Source of the DNA: Opitutia bacterium KCR 482 | GTDB taxonomy: Bacteria; Verrucomicrobiota; Verrucomicrobiia; Opitutales; Intestinicryptomonadaceae | Length of the DNA stretch: 32,000 nt | NCBI GenBank assembly: GCA_029269845.2 | Contig: CP149973.1 | Span: 420,001 to 452,000, forward strand | Direction of reading: 5' to 3' | Shown here: in pieces, positions 7,627 to 16,625 of the stretch | Layout: every line of letters begins with the position of its first letter | Position numbering within the stretch: the stretch's first letter is position 1 | Position numbers and translations under genes: made by a program | Notes under the pieces: model-generated | Database searches by the model: none | What the model was told of the DNA's origin: nothing | Seen by the model: only the letters and a program-made list of their open reading frames with translations

Positions 7627-8925
7627 TCACTCGCCGCGCCAAATGCGGAGCACAAACGGTTCGTCGCAGACGTAGCGGGCGTCGCGCAGTTTTTTGCACG
7701 CGCGTTTGACTGCCGCTTCGGTCGTGGCGTGGGTCGTCAAAAGCAGCCAAGCCTTGCCCTTTGTGTCGTGTTTGCGCTGTTGCAAAAGCTCTATCGAAAT
7801 GCCCTCCGACGCCAAGTCGGAAGCTATCGACGCAAGCACGCCCGACTGGTCGGGAACTTCCATTCTCAAATAGAATTCGCCCGAAACTTCGTCGAGCGAC
7901 GCGAACTTTGCGGGGGTATCGACCGCCGCCGAGGGTCTCACAGGCGCGCCCATGAGATAGCGGACGGCGTCGGCGATGTCGGCGATGACCGCACTTGCGG
8001 TGGCGTCCTGCCCCGCCCCGCGCCCGATGTGAACAGTGCGCCCCACTACGTCGCCCGAAAGCGAAACCGCGTTGTAGACTTCGTTGACGTTCGCCACGAC
8101 GTCGGTCAAAGGCAGAAGCGCGGGGTAGACCGACGCGAAAATCGCGCCGTCGGGGTTGCGCCTTACGGAGGCAATCAGCTTAATGCGGCTGTCGAAATCG
8201 CGCGCCCACTGCATGTCTTCAAGCCTGATTCCGCGAATGCCCGAAACCAGCATGTTTTCGGGGTTAATCCACACCCCGTGCGCCAGATACGCCAGAATGC
8301 AAATTTTGTGCGCGGCGTCCCATCCGTCGATGTCGAGCGACTCGTCGGCTTCGACGTATCCGAGCCTGCGGGCGTCCTCGATAATCGTTTCGTAGGTCGC
8401 GTTTTCGCGCTCCATGCGCGTCAAAATGTAGTTGCAAGTGCCGTTGAGGATTCCGTAGATGAGCGAAAACCTGTTCGCCACAAGACCCTCGCGCAGCACC
8501 TTGATAATCGGAATGCCGCCAGCGACGCTCGCCTCGAAAAAGTACGCGCCGCCGAATTTACGCGCCGCCGCGAAAATCTCCGCGCCGCGCTTGCAGATTA
8601 CCGCCTTGTTTGCGCTGACAACAACCTTGCCGTTTTTCAGCGCCGCCATCGTGATGTCGAACGCGGCGTCGGTGCCGCCCATAAGCTCGCACACGATGTC
8701 GATGGACGGGTCGTTTACGATGTCGTACGGGTTTTCAGTGAGCTTTTCGCGCGGGATTTCCACGCCGCGCTTTTTGTTTATGTCGCGGACGGACGCCTTT
8801 GCAAGTTCGTAGTCTGCGCCGAGACGCGCCGCCATTTGCCCGCAGTTGTTTTCGAGATGTTTCCAGACGCCCTGCGCGACCGTCCCCATTCCGACAAACC
8901 CGATTCTAAAAATTTTCTTTTCCAT
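7627..8925 (-). CDS. hom: Homoserine dehydrogenase with a C-terminal ACT domain
   Basis: Rossmann motif FVGMGTVAQG, the catalytic-region motif LDIDGWDAAHKICILA, and an ACT-like C-terminus (FYLRMEVPDQSGVLASIASDLA). Confidence 0.93.
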   Translation of the reverse strand: MEKKIFRIGFVGMGTVAQGVWKHLENNCGQMAARLGADYELAKASVRDINKKRGVEIPREKLTENPYDIVNDPSIDIVCELMGGTDAAFDITMAALKNGKVVVSANKAVICKRGAEIFAAARKFGGAYFFEASVAGGIPIIKVLREGLVANRFSLIYGILNGTCNYILTRMERENATYETIIEDARRLGYVEADESLDIDGWDAAHKICILAYLAHGVWINPENMLVSGIRGIRLEDMQWARDFDSRIKLIASVRRNPDGAIFASVYPALLPLTDVVANVNEVYNAVSLSGDVVGRTVHIGRGAGQDATASAVIADIADAVRYLMGAPVRPSAAVDTPAKFASLDEVSGEFYLRMEVPDQSGVLASIASDLASEGISIELLQQRKHDTKGKAWLLLTTHATTEAAVKRACKKLRDARYVCDEPFVLRIWRGE

Positions 8926-8930
8926 TGCGC

Positions 8931-9539
8931 TTAAAATCTGTTTTCAGTTCCTTTAATCAATCGTGCGATGTTGCTCCTGTGTCTTACGACAATCACGACG
9001 GCAATCGCCGTCGCTATATAGACCTGCGCACCCGGAAAAGGATACAAAAAAGCGGCGGCGACAGGCAACGCCAACGCCATTGCGATTGACGCAAGCGAAA
9101 CATAGCGCGTCGAATAAAACACGACAACCCACAACACAAGCCCGATTAAAATCGCCGCCCACATTATTGCGAGAAGCCCGCCGATTGTGACCGCCACGCC
9201 TTTGCCGCCCCTGAATTTTACGAATACCGAGAACGAGTGGCCGATTATCGCCGACACAAGTCCGACGTACGCAAGCGTCTGCGGCGCGGAAAACTCCATG
9301 CCGAAGCAGCCCGCGTACAGCGGGAACGCAGTCGCGGCGAAGCCCTTTGCGGCGTCGAGAATAAAGCACAGGTTGCCCGCGGTTTTGCCGCAGCTGCGCT
9401 TTACGTTCGTCGCGCCGGGGTTGCCGCTGCCGACCTTGAAAATATCGACGCCGCACATGCGGGCGATAATCACGGCAAACGGAATCGACCCCAAGAGGTA
9501 TCCCGCCGCCGCGACTACGATATAATCGACCCACCCCAT
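8931..9539 (-). CDS. plsY: Glycerol-3-phosphate acyltransferase PlsY (acyl-phosphate dependent)
   Basis: Motifs GSGNPGATN, LDAAKG and GHSFSVFVKFRGGKGVA in a polytopic 202-aa protein. Confidence 0.93.
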   Translation of the reverse strand: MGWVDYIVVAAAGYLLGSIPFAVIIARMCGVDIFKVGSGNPGATNVKRSCGKTAGNLCFILDAAKGFAATAFPLYAGCFGMEFSAPQTLAYVGLVSAIIGHSFSVFVKFRGGKGVAVTIGGLLAIMWAAILIGLVLWVVVFYSTRYVSLASIAMALALPVAAAFLYPFPGAQVYIATAIAVVIVVRHRSNIARLIKGTENRF

Positions 9540-9542
9540 ATA

Positions 9543-11141
9543 CTACGAGAAGTCGACTACTTTGACGTCCTCAATCTGCGCCAGAGCCTTCAATTCGTCG
9601 AGAGCCTGCGTCTGCGGAACGCCGTCAAGCTCGAACGCGCTAAGCGCCTTGCCCGTGCCCTCTTCGCGCGAGAGCGACATGTTGGCGATGTTGCAGCCGT
9701 ACTTGCCGAGAATCGTGCCGATAAGGCCGACCATTCCGGGGGTGTCCTGATTTTTGAGAATCATTGCGCAGCCGCCGCAGGGGTTGACTTCCATCTGGCG
9801 CGAGCCGATTTGCACGATGCGCGGTTTCGCGCTCTTGCCCGTTACCGTGCCAGCCGCGCTGTGAACCGTGCCCTTTTCGCAGGTTGCGACAACTTCGACG
9901 AGTTCGGCGTAATCGACGTCGGCATTGCTGTTGATGCTTTCGACTTCGATGCCCAAGTGTTTCATCTTGGCGGGGGCGTTGACGTCGTTTGCGTTTTCGG
10001 CAATCTTAGAGAGGTAGCCCTTCTGGACTGCGAGCGTAAGGATTTTATTGTCGATGTTTCCGAGTTTTCCGAAATATTTAATTGTGAGTTTCTGGACTCT
10101 TTCGGGGGAAATCTGCTGGATAAACAGGCCGAGCTTTTCGCAGAGCACGATGTACGGGGAAATCTGTTTCATGGATTCCGCGTCGATTGACGGCTTGTTG
10201 ATTGCGTTGCGGATTGCGCCCGTCGAGAGGGCGTCGGCGATGACTTCCGCAACTTCGATGCCGCAGCTTTCCTGAGCCTCCTTTGTGGACGCGCCCAAGT
10301 GCGGAGTGAGAACGAGGTTCGGGAAATCGCGCAGGGGGCTGTCTTTCGCGAGGGGTTCGGATTCGTAGACGTCCAAGCCGGCCGCCGCGACTTTGCCGCT
10401 TTTGAGCGCTTCCACGAGCGCGGTTTCCTTGATGATTCCGCCGCGGGCGCAGTTGAAGACGCGCACGCCCTTTTTCATCATTTCGAAAGCCTTTTCGTCA
10501 ACCATGTATTTGGTTGCGTCGGTGAGGGGCATATGGACCGTAATATAGTCTGCGCGTTTGAAAGCATCTTCGAGGGGTACGATTTCCACTCCCAGAGTTT
10601 TTGCGCGGGCTTCCGTCAGGAAGGGGTCGTACGCTACGACTTTCATGCCGAACGCCATTGCGCGTTTTGCGACTTCCGTGCCGATGCGTCCCATGCCGAG
10701 AACCGCGAGAACCTTGTTTTTAAGCTCCGTGCCCTTGAAAGATTTTCTGTCCCACACGCCGCTGTGAATCGAGGCGTTTGCCTGCGCAATCGGGCGCGTT
10801 CCGCAGAGCATGTGCGTGAACGTAAGTTCCGCCGTCGCGATTGTGTTGCCCGTGGGGGTGTTCATTACCACGACGCCCTTTTCGGAGGCGGCGGGAATGT
10901 CGATATTGTCGACGCCCACGCCCGCGCGTCCTACCGCTTTGAGCTTCTTTGCGCACGCAAGGACGTCTGCGGTGATTTTGGTTTCCGAGCGGACGATTAC
11001 CGCGTCGGCGTCTTTTACAAGCTCCTTGACCTGGTCGGGAGTGGAGCCGTAGGCTTCGACAACGTCGAAACCCTTTTGTTTGAGGAGTTCGACCCCTTTC
11101 GGAGAAATGGGGTCGGCTACGAGTACTTTTGATTTTTCCAT
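9543..11141 (-). CDS. serA: D-3-phosphoglycerate dehydrogenase, long form with ASB and ACT domains
   Basis: NAD motif GMGRIGTEVA, catalytic region LTPHLGASTKEAQ, and a C-terminal ACT (CAMILKNQDTPGMVGLIGTILG). Start taken at MEKSKVLVAD (ATG 11141), 11 codons inside the track ORF. Confidence 0.93.
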   Translation of the reverse strand: MEKSKVLVADPISPKGVELLKQKGFDVVEAYGSTPDQVKELVKDADAVIVRSETKITADVLACAKKLKAVGRAGVGVDNIDIPAASEKGVVVMNTPTGNTIATAELTFTHMLCGTRPIAQANASIHSGVWDRKSFKGTELKNKVLAVLGMGRIGTEVAKRAMAFGMKVVAYDPFLTEARAKTLGVEIVPLEDAFKRADYITVHMPLTDATKYMVDEKAFEMMKKGVRVFNCARGGIIKETALVEALKSGKVAAAGLDVYESEPLAKDSPLRDFPNLVLTPHLGASTKEAQESCGIEVAEVIADALSTGAIRNAINKPSIDAESMKQISPYIVLCEKLGLFIQQISPERVQKLTIKYFGKLGNIDNKILTLAVQKGYLSKIAENANDVNAPAKMKHLGIEVESINSNADVDYAELVEVVATCEKGTVHSAAGTVTGKSAKPRIVQIGSRQMEVNPCGGCAMILKNQDTPGMVGLIGTILGKYGCNIANMSLSREEGTGKALSAFELDGVPQTQALDELKALAQIEDVKVVDFS

Positions 11142-11259
11142 ATTTATAATGTCAATCGCGGGACTGTTTTCCAACTCGATTAACGCCGAAAAACAATGCC
11201 ACGCCCCGACGCTTTGTCAAGCGCATTTGAAATCCCCCCGTCGCCCCGCCCGCGGGCGC

Positions 11260-11288
11260 AAAAAAGGCGGATTCGCAACGAATCCGCC
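11260..11288 (-). terminator. Rho-independent terminator after the TIM-barrel gene
   Basis: 10-bp stem GGCGGATTCG (11266-11275) pairs with CGAATCCGCC (11279-11288). The A6 run at 11260-11265 gives a T run on the minus strand. Confidence 0.8.
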
Positions 11289-11310
11289 CTTTCCGGAAAA
11301 TTTACCGGCG

Positions 11311-12141
11311 TTAATTTTTGCGGAGGAATTCCGCGCATTCGGTAATTTCGGGAATGTTGTCGAGCCACTTGTCTTCGTACTCTATCACGTAGTAGCCGTC
11401 GAAGCCCTGTCTGTCCAGCTCGGCGAGCATGCCCTTTACGTCGAGAACGCCCTTCCCGAACGGCGCGGGCTGGTTCTTGATGTTGCCGAATTCGCGCTGG
11501 TCCTTGAAGTGGATTCCGGCGATTTTGCCTTCCACCTCTTTAAGCGACTTCACGGGGTCTATGCCCGAACGCGCCCAGTGTCCGGGGTCGGGATTGTATT
11601 TTATGTGTTTGAAGTTTGCCGAGTGGCGTTTGAAGTATTCGGTGTCCCAATACGGCGCGCCGTTTGTGGCGTGGTGGTGGATTAGCACCGTCATGCCGTA
11701 TTTTTCGGCAGCCTTGTCGAGTTCGGGGAAGAAGTACACGGCGGATTCGGTTAGAATGCGTTCCGCGCCCATTTCCTTTGCGAATTTGAAGAGCGGGTCG
11801 ATTTGGCTGAAATCGAGCTTGTTTACGTTGACTACCCCGAAGCTGCGCATTTTGACTCCCGCGTCGGCGAGAAGTTTTTTCATGTAGGCGCGTTCCTCCG
11901 CGTTGAGCGTAGGCCCTACTTTCGCCTTGGGATATTTCGCGCTCAGACGCTGTCCGGGGTAGCATTCCACCGTGTCGATTTTCAGCGGTTTGAGTTTTTC
12001 GAGAGCCTCTTCCAGCGTGAACCTGTTGAGCGAATACATCTGGACGGCGATTTTGCGCGGCTGCGTTGCGGGCTTTTCGGAAACCGTTGCGCAGCCCGTA
12101 AGAACCGCCGCGAATGTCAGTATAATTGCAAGTTTTTTCAT
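11311..12141 (-). CDS. Xylose-isomerase-like TIM-barrel protein (sugar phosphate isomerase/epimerase family) with a lipoprotein signal peptide
   Basis: MKKLAIILTFAAVLTGCATV carries an LTGC lipobox. The remainder looks like the AP-endonuclease-2/xylose-isomerase-like TIM-barrel family (LIHHHATNG, AGIHFKD, YVIEYE). The specific activity is unknown. Confidence 0.8.
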   Translation of the reverse strand: MKKLAIILTFAAVLTGCATVSEKPATQPRKIAVQMYSLNRFTLEEALEKLKPLKIDTVECYPGQRLSAKYPKAKVGPTLNAEERAYMKKLLADAGVKMRSFGVVNVNKLDFSQIDPLFKFAKEMGAERILTESAVYFFPELDKAAEKYGMTVLIHHHATNGAPYWDTEYFKRHSANFKHIKYNPDPGHWARSGIDPVKSLKEVEGKIAGIHFKDQREFGNIKNQPAPFGKGVLDVKGMLAELDRQGFDGYYVIEYEDKWLDNIPEITECAEFLRKN

Positions 12142-12273
12142 ACGACGAAAAAAATTCCGCACGAACGCCCGAAACGCAAGCAAAAAACGTTAAGTCAGAC
12201 CGTCGCGCGGCGGGCGCGGCGCGGTTCGGAGCGTATCCGAATGCGTTGCGGGCTGGATTTTATGCGGGCGCGT

Positions 12274-13170
12274 TTATTGGGAAATTTCCGCGCACGCTGT
12301 GTTTGCATGCGCGTAGCATTCCACCGATTCCGCCGACTTTTCCGCAAGCGCGGGATTCCATTTCAAATTCGCGCTCGGCGGGAATACCGACACCAAGCAC
12401 GAGCCGCCGAACCTGAACAGCCCCGCCTGCGCCCCACGCGAAACGCGGTCGCCTATTTTGCCGAAATTCACAATGCTTCCGACGTTTGTCGCGCCGATTT
12501 CCGCGAACGCGCACAAGCCCAATTCGGGAGAGTCGATGAGGTTGAGCACGCGCTTGTTTTCCCAGAAAATCGAAATGCGCTTTGAGAGCGCAATAGGGCT
12601 TACCGAAAACAGCCAGCCGTCTACGTTCCTGCGGGCGGAGATTTCGCCCGACACGGGATAGTGAAAGCGGTGGTAGTCGAGCGGGCTGAGCCTTGAAACG
12701 AGCATGTCGCCGCCCTCGAAACGCGCCGCGAGCGACTTGTCGCCTAAAAACTTCGCCATGTCGAAACGCTGTCCCTTTGCGTAGAAAACGTCCGACGCCC
12801 CGAAGTTGCGCACAAGCAGGTGTCGGCCGTCGCCCGGAAACGAAACCGTTTTTGCGCCGCCCCCGACGGGCCGCGCGGAGGCTTTGAGTTCGCGCGTAAA
12901 AAAGTCGTTGAAAGTTTTGAACGCCGAAAACGGCAGGAGGCTTTCGTCCATGTTTATTCCGTTTTCGCGGGCGAACTTTTCCGCCGATTTCAGGCTTGCG
13001 CGGGAATCCGCCCACGCGCCGCACATGCGCGAAAAAAACGCGCGTTTGAACACAAGCGACGTCGCCGCCTGCCCGACGGGGCTTTCGTACATGAAGCGCA
13101 GAGAGCCTTCCGCGCACACTTTTTCCTCGGCGTATTCCGCCCTTTCGATATCGTAGATTTTTATGCCCAT
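12274..13170 (-). CDS. psd: Phosphatidylserine decarboxylase proenzyme (long clostridial/Bacteroides-like type)
   Basis: SPLDYHRFHYPVSG and the self-cleavage region FRFGGSC. Homologues begin M.IKIY...YEEEKV, so I use ATG 13170, which overlaps the recD2 stop by 10 nt. The track's start at 13236 is possible. Confidence 0.88.
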   Translation of the reverse strand: MGIKIYDIERAEYAEEKVCAEGSLRFMYESPVGQAATSLVFKRAFFSRMCGAWADSRASLKSAEKFARENGINMDESLLPFSAFKTFNDFFTRELKASARPVGGGAKTVSFPGDGRHLLVRNFGASDVFYAKGQRFDMAKFLGDKSLAARFEGGDMLVSRLSPLDYHRFHYPVSGEISARRNVDGWLFSVSPIALSKRISIFWENKRVLNLIDSPELGLCAFAEIGATNVGSIVNFGKIGDRVSRGAQAGLFRFGGSCLVSVFPPSANLKWNPALAEKSAESVECYAHANTACAEISQ

Positions 13171-15323
13171 GACAAGCGTTCCCTCAAATACGTTCTGCGT
13201 TTCGACGCTCGCGAGTTTTTCACCGCCGACTTCCACGCCGACTCCTCGCCCACAATAAACACCTTTTTTCTGCCGCGCGTCAACGCCGTATAGAGCAAAT
13301 TGCGCTGCAACATCATGAAATGCTGGCGCATGAGCGGCAGCACCACCACGGGAAATTCGCTCCCCTGCGACTTGTGTATGCTGATTGCGTAGGCGGGCTG
13401 CAAATCCGCCATGTCGGAGCGCGGCACGCCGATTTTCCGCCCGTCGAAATCGACAACAAGCCCCGCGCCGTCGTCCGCCTCGCGGACAATCCTGCCCGTG
13501 TCGCCGTTGAAGACGTCCAAGTCGTAGTTGTTGCGCGTCTGCATTACCTTGTCGCCCACCGACAGCCTGCCGCCGAAAATCGGCCTCGCGTTCGGGTTGA
13601 GCGCGGCTTTCAGCGACGCGTTGAAATTTTCAATCCCCGCAACGCCCTTGTGCATCGGCGCAAGCACCTGCACGTCGGAAAACGCGTCGCAGCCGTACCA
13701 CGCGGGAATTTTGTCGCGCACTAGGGCTGTCGTGAGCTTCACGCAGTCGTCGGGAGTATCGGCGCGGATAAAGTTGATGTCGCGGCGGGGGTCGGCGAAG
13801 TTGAGCGAATTGGGAGGAAATTCCGCGGTGGAGTCGGAGCCGTGGAGAATGTCGTGGGCTGCCTTTACAATCTGGCTGCGCTCGCCCTGCCTGAAAATGC
13901 GCTCCAAGCGTATCACGGGGAATTTTCCCGACGCTATGATGTCCTTCAAAACGTTGCCCGCGCCCACGCTCGGCAGCTGGTCTATGTCGCCCACAAACAC
14001 GATGTGCGCGGCGTTCGGCACCGCCGAAACCACGGCGGCGGCAAGCTTTGTGTCGAGCATTGACGCCTCGTCAATCACCACGAATTTTGCGGGCAGCGGC
14101 TTGAACTCGTTGTGGGCAAACTTGCCGTCCTCGCTGCCCAAAAGCCTGTGGATTGTCTTTGCCTCCACCCCCGCCGACTCTCCCATGCGCTGCGCCGCCC
14201 GCCCCGTGGGAGCGGCGAGCACAGGCGTGATTTTCTTCATTTTGAGAATGTCGCAAACCGCGCGTAAAATCGTAGTTTTGCCCGTCCCCGGCCCGCCCGT
14301 GATGACCGATACTTTGTTGCGCAGAGCCTCCACAACCGCGCGTGTCTGCTCCGGCGCGAAGTCGAACGCCGCCCTGTCGTTCGCCCACTGCGCGGCGGCT
14401 TCGAACTTGATTGGCGGAAGCTCGGACGGCGTTTCGAGTATGCGTTTGAGCGAAGTTGCGATTTTCCTTTCGGCGTAGTCGAGCTGCGGGCTTTGGAGCA
14501 TGCCCTCGCCCACTTTTTTCAGCGAGCCTTCCTCCACCAGCGCGGAAATTTCCGCCGCGCACTTTTGCGAATCGACCTCGGTCAGCGCGGAGGTTTTCGA
14601 GACAAGCTCGCCGAACAGCGCGCAGGTGTCGCCCGCCTCCTCCGATTCCGACAGGCAGTGCAGAATGCCGGCGCGTATGCGTTCGGGGCTTTCGTTGGGA
14701 ATGCCGATGTTGATTGCAATCATGTCGGCGGTTTTGAAGCCTATGCCGTCTATTTCGCGCATGAGAGTATACGGCTCTTCGCGCACGATACGCGCGGAGT
14801 CTGAGCCGAAACGCTTGACGATTTTCACGCATGTGGCAGTCCCTATTCCGTACGAGCGCATGGCGATTATCACGGAGCGCAAGTCCCTGCTTTCGTCCCA
14901 CGATTTCTTGATTTTCTTTGCGCGAGCCGCGCCGATTCCCCTGACCTCGGTAAGACGCGCGGACTCTGTGTCGATTATTTCGAGAGTCCTCCCGCCGAAG
15001 TGCTCGACGATTTTTTTTGCGTACACGGGCCCTATTCCATCGACAAGCCCCGAACCAAGATATTTTTCTATTCCGTAAACCTCCGACGGCAGGCGCGTCG
15101 AAAACGACGACACTTTTATCTGGCGTCCGTACGCCGACGTGCGCCATTCGCCCTCGACCTCGACGGTCTCGCCGCAGCGCAGCGAAGGCATTGCGCCCGC
15201 GATTGTAATCGGCGCGCCCTTGCCGTTCTTGGGGCGCATGGAGGCAATGCAGAAAAAATTTTCCTCGTTGAAGAAAATTATGCGCTCCACCACGCCCTCG
15301 GTTTTGACTTTCGCGCCGTCCAT
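13161..15323 (-). CDS. recD2: RecD2-type SF1B ATP-dependent DNA helicase (RecD/TraA family)
   Basis: 720 aa. N-terminal OB/HhH region (GIGPVYAKKIVEHFG, VRGIGAARAKKI), Walker A GGPGTGKTT, Walker B VVIDEASM, and a C-terminal SH3-like region plus AISIHKSQGSEF. Confidence 0.9.
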   Translation of the reverse strand: MDGAKVKTEGVVERIIFFNEENFFCIASMRPKNGKGAPITIAGAMPSLRCGETVEVEGEWRTSAYGRQIKVSSFSTRLPSEVYGIEKYLGSGLVDGIGPVYAKKIVEHFGGRTLEIIDTESARLTEVRGIGAARAKKIKKSWDESRDLRSVIIAMRSYGIGTATCVKIVKRFGSDSARIVREEPYTLMREIDGIGFKTADMIAINIGIPNESPERIRAGILHCLSESEEAGDTCALFGELVSKTSALTEVDSQKCAAEISALVEEGSLKKVGEGMLQSPQLDYAERKIATSLKRILETPSELPPIKFEAAAQWANDRAAFDFAPEQTRAVVEALRNKVSVITGGPGTGKTTILRAVCDILKMKKITPVLAAPTGRAAQRMGESAGVEAKTIHRLLGSEDGKFAHNEFKPLPAKFVVIDEASMLDTKLAAAVVSAVPNAAHIVFVGDIDQLPSVGAGNVLKDIIASGKFPVIRLERIFRQGERSQIVKAAHDILHGSDSTAEFPPNSLNFADPRRDINFIRADTPDDCVKLTTALVRDKIPAWYGCDAFSDVQVLAPMHKGVAGIENFNASLKAALNPNARPIFGGRLSVGDKVMQTRNNYDLDVFNGDTGRIVREADDGAGLVVDFDGRKIGVPRSDMADLQPAYAISIHKSQGSEFPVVVLPLMRQHFMMLQRNLLYTALTRGRKKVFIVGEESAWKSAVKNSRASKRRTYLRERLSWA

Positions 15324-15327
15324 GCGG

Positions 15328-15996
15328 TTAAAGAGTGATGCCGAAGAGGGATTTTGCCAAGTCTTTAAAGTCGGAAAAAACGCCGACGGCTTCGGGGCAC
15401 TCCGATTTCAGGAAGTCGGCGGAGTCGCCGCCAGTCGCCACGAGGGCGCTGTCCAAACCGCAGACGCGGGCTGCCTTGTAGTCGTAGGGAGAGTCGCCCA
15501 CGCCGAGAGTTTCGGAAGCCTCGGTGCCGAGAGTGGCGAGCGCGTAGGCGGTGAAAGCCCTGTCGGGCTTGCGCGGCGAGTGGAGGGTTGTGCCGATTAC
15601 CGCGTCGAGGTATCCGCGCAGGTTCGTGCGTTCGAGAATCGGCTCCGCGCCCTCCTGCTGTTTGTTTGTAAAGCACGCAATTTTAAGCCCGCGCTTTTTA
15701 AGCTCGGCGAGAAATTCGGGGGCGTACGGCATAATCGTAAGCCCGTCGAAAATATGCTTCGGGAAAAGTTCCAGATAGCGCGCGCCGATGTCGGAGGCCT
15801 TGTCCTCAAACCCCGTGTCTCTCAGGATTTTTTTTATCGTAATCAGAATCGACCCGCCGACCGTGTGGAAAACGGTGTCGTATGTCGGGTTGGGAATTCC
15901 GAATTCGGCGAATGCTTCGCAAAGGCATTTGTGGATTGCCACATAGTTGCCGATTAGCGTTCCGTCCAAGTCGAAAAGTACCGCCTTGTATTTCAT
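15328..15996 (-). CDS. HAD-IA phosphatase (phosphoglycolate-phosphatase-like)
   Basis: Motif I FDLDGTL, motif II CFTNK, motif III RKPD, motif IV GDSPYD. The start ATG (15996-15994) overlaps the bioD stop as ATGA. The 148-codon upstream extension in the track overlaps bioD and is an artefact. Confidence 0.85.
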   Translation of the reverse strand: MKYKAVLFDLDGTLIGNYVAIHKCLCEAFAEFGIPNPTYDTVFHTVGGSILITIKKILRDTGFEDKASDIGARYLELFPKHIFDGLTIMPYAPEFLAELKKRGLKIACFTNKQQEGAEPILERTNLRGYLDAVIGTTLHSPRKPDRAFTAYALATLGTEASETLGVGDSPYDYKAARVCGLDSALVATGGDSADFLKSECPEAVGVFSDFKDLAKSLFGITL

Positions 15997-16625
15997 TTCA
16001 GTTCTCCGAGTTCCAAAAGTTCCGCGCCTTTCCACGACCGCGCAAGCTCCGCCGCGAGGTATTCGCGGGTGGATTTTTCGATTTCCGCGGGCGCTTTCGG
16101 GAATGTGTTGTAGACTATCCCCGCAAGTTTTATCCCGCGCGACGCGCAGTATTCGAGCGACATCAGCGCGTGGCTCAAACTGCCGAGCTTCGACGGCACT
16201 ACAAGCCAGAGCGGCATGGCGTATTTTGCGATGTAGTCCGCCGTGGTAAAACCCTCTTTCAGCGGCACGCCAAGCCCGCCCGCGCCCTCTACGAGAACGA
16301 CGTCGAAAGCCTCTTCCAGCTTTGCGGTGTCGGAGGCGAGCGCGTCTAAGTCGAGCGTCGCGCCCTCCATTGCCGCCGCAAGGTGGGGCGAGGCGGGGTA
16401 TTTGAAAACGTACCTGCACGTAGTGAAGTCGGCGTCGCACGGCAGAACGCCGCAGCCCATGATGCGCCTATGCTCCAGAATGTCCTCCGAGATTCCCCCG
16501 CAGCCCGTCTGCACGAGCTTCTGCGTGGCGACTTTCAGCCCGCGTTCGGCGTATCGGCGGGCGAGCCAGCCCGTCGCCGCCGTCTTTCCTATGTTTGTAT
16601 CCGTTCCGCTTACAAAGAATTTCAT
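15993..16625 (-). CDS. bioD: Dethiobiotin synthetase
   Basis: MKFFVSGTDTNIGKTAATGWL (GTDTxxGKT P-loop), VLVEGAGGL. The start ATG 16625 overlaps the upstream stop as ATGA. Confidence 0.9.
   Translation of the reverse strand: MKFFVSGTDTNIGKTAATGWLARRYAERGLKVATQKLVQTGCGGISEDILEHRRIMGCGVLPCDADFTTCRYVFKYPASPHLAAAMEGATLDLDALASDTAKLEEAFDVVLVEGAGGLGVPLKEGFTTADYIAKYAMPLWLVVPSKLGSLSHALMSLEYCASRGIKLAGIVYNTFPKAPAEIEKSTREYLAAELARSWKGAELLELGELK

Noticed and set aside
13161-15323. The RecD-like helicase as part of a defence or mobile-element system.
   Set aside because: It has the canonical housekeeping RecD2 architecture (OB/HhH N-terminus, SF1B motifs, about 720 aa). It is flanked by biosynthetic genes, and no nuclease, methylase, integrase or toxin partner is nearby.
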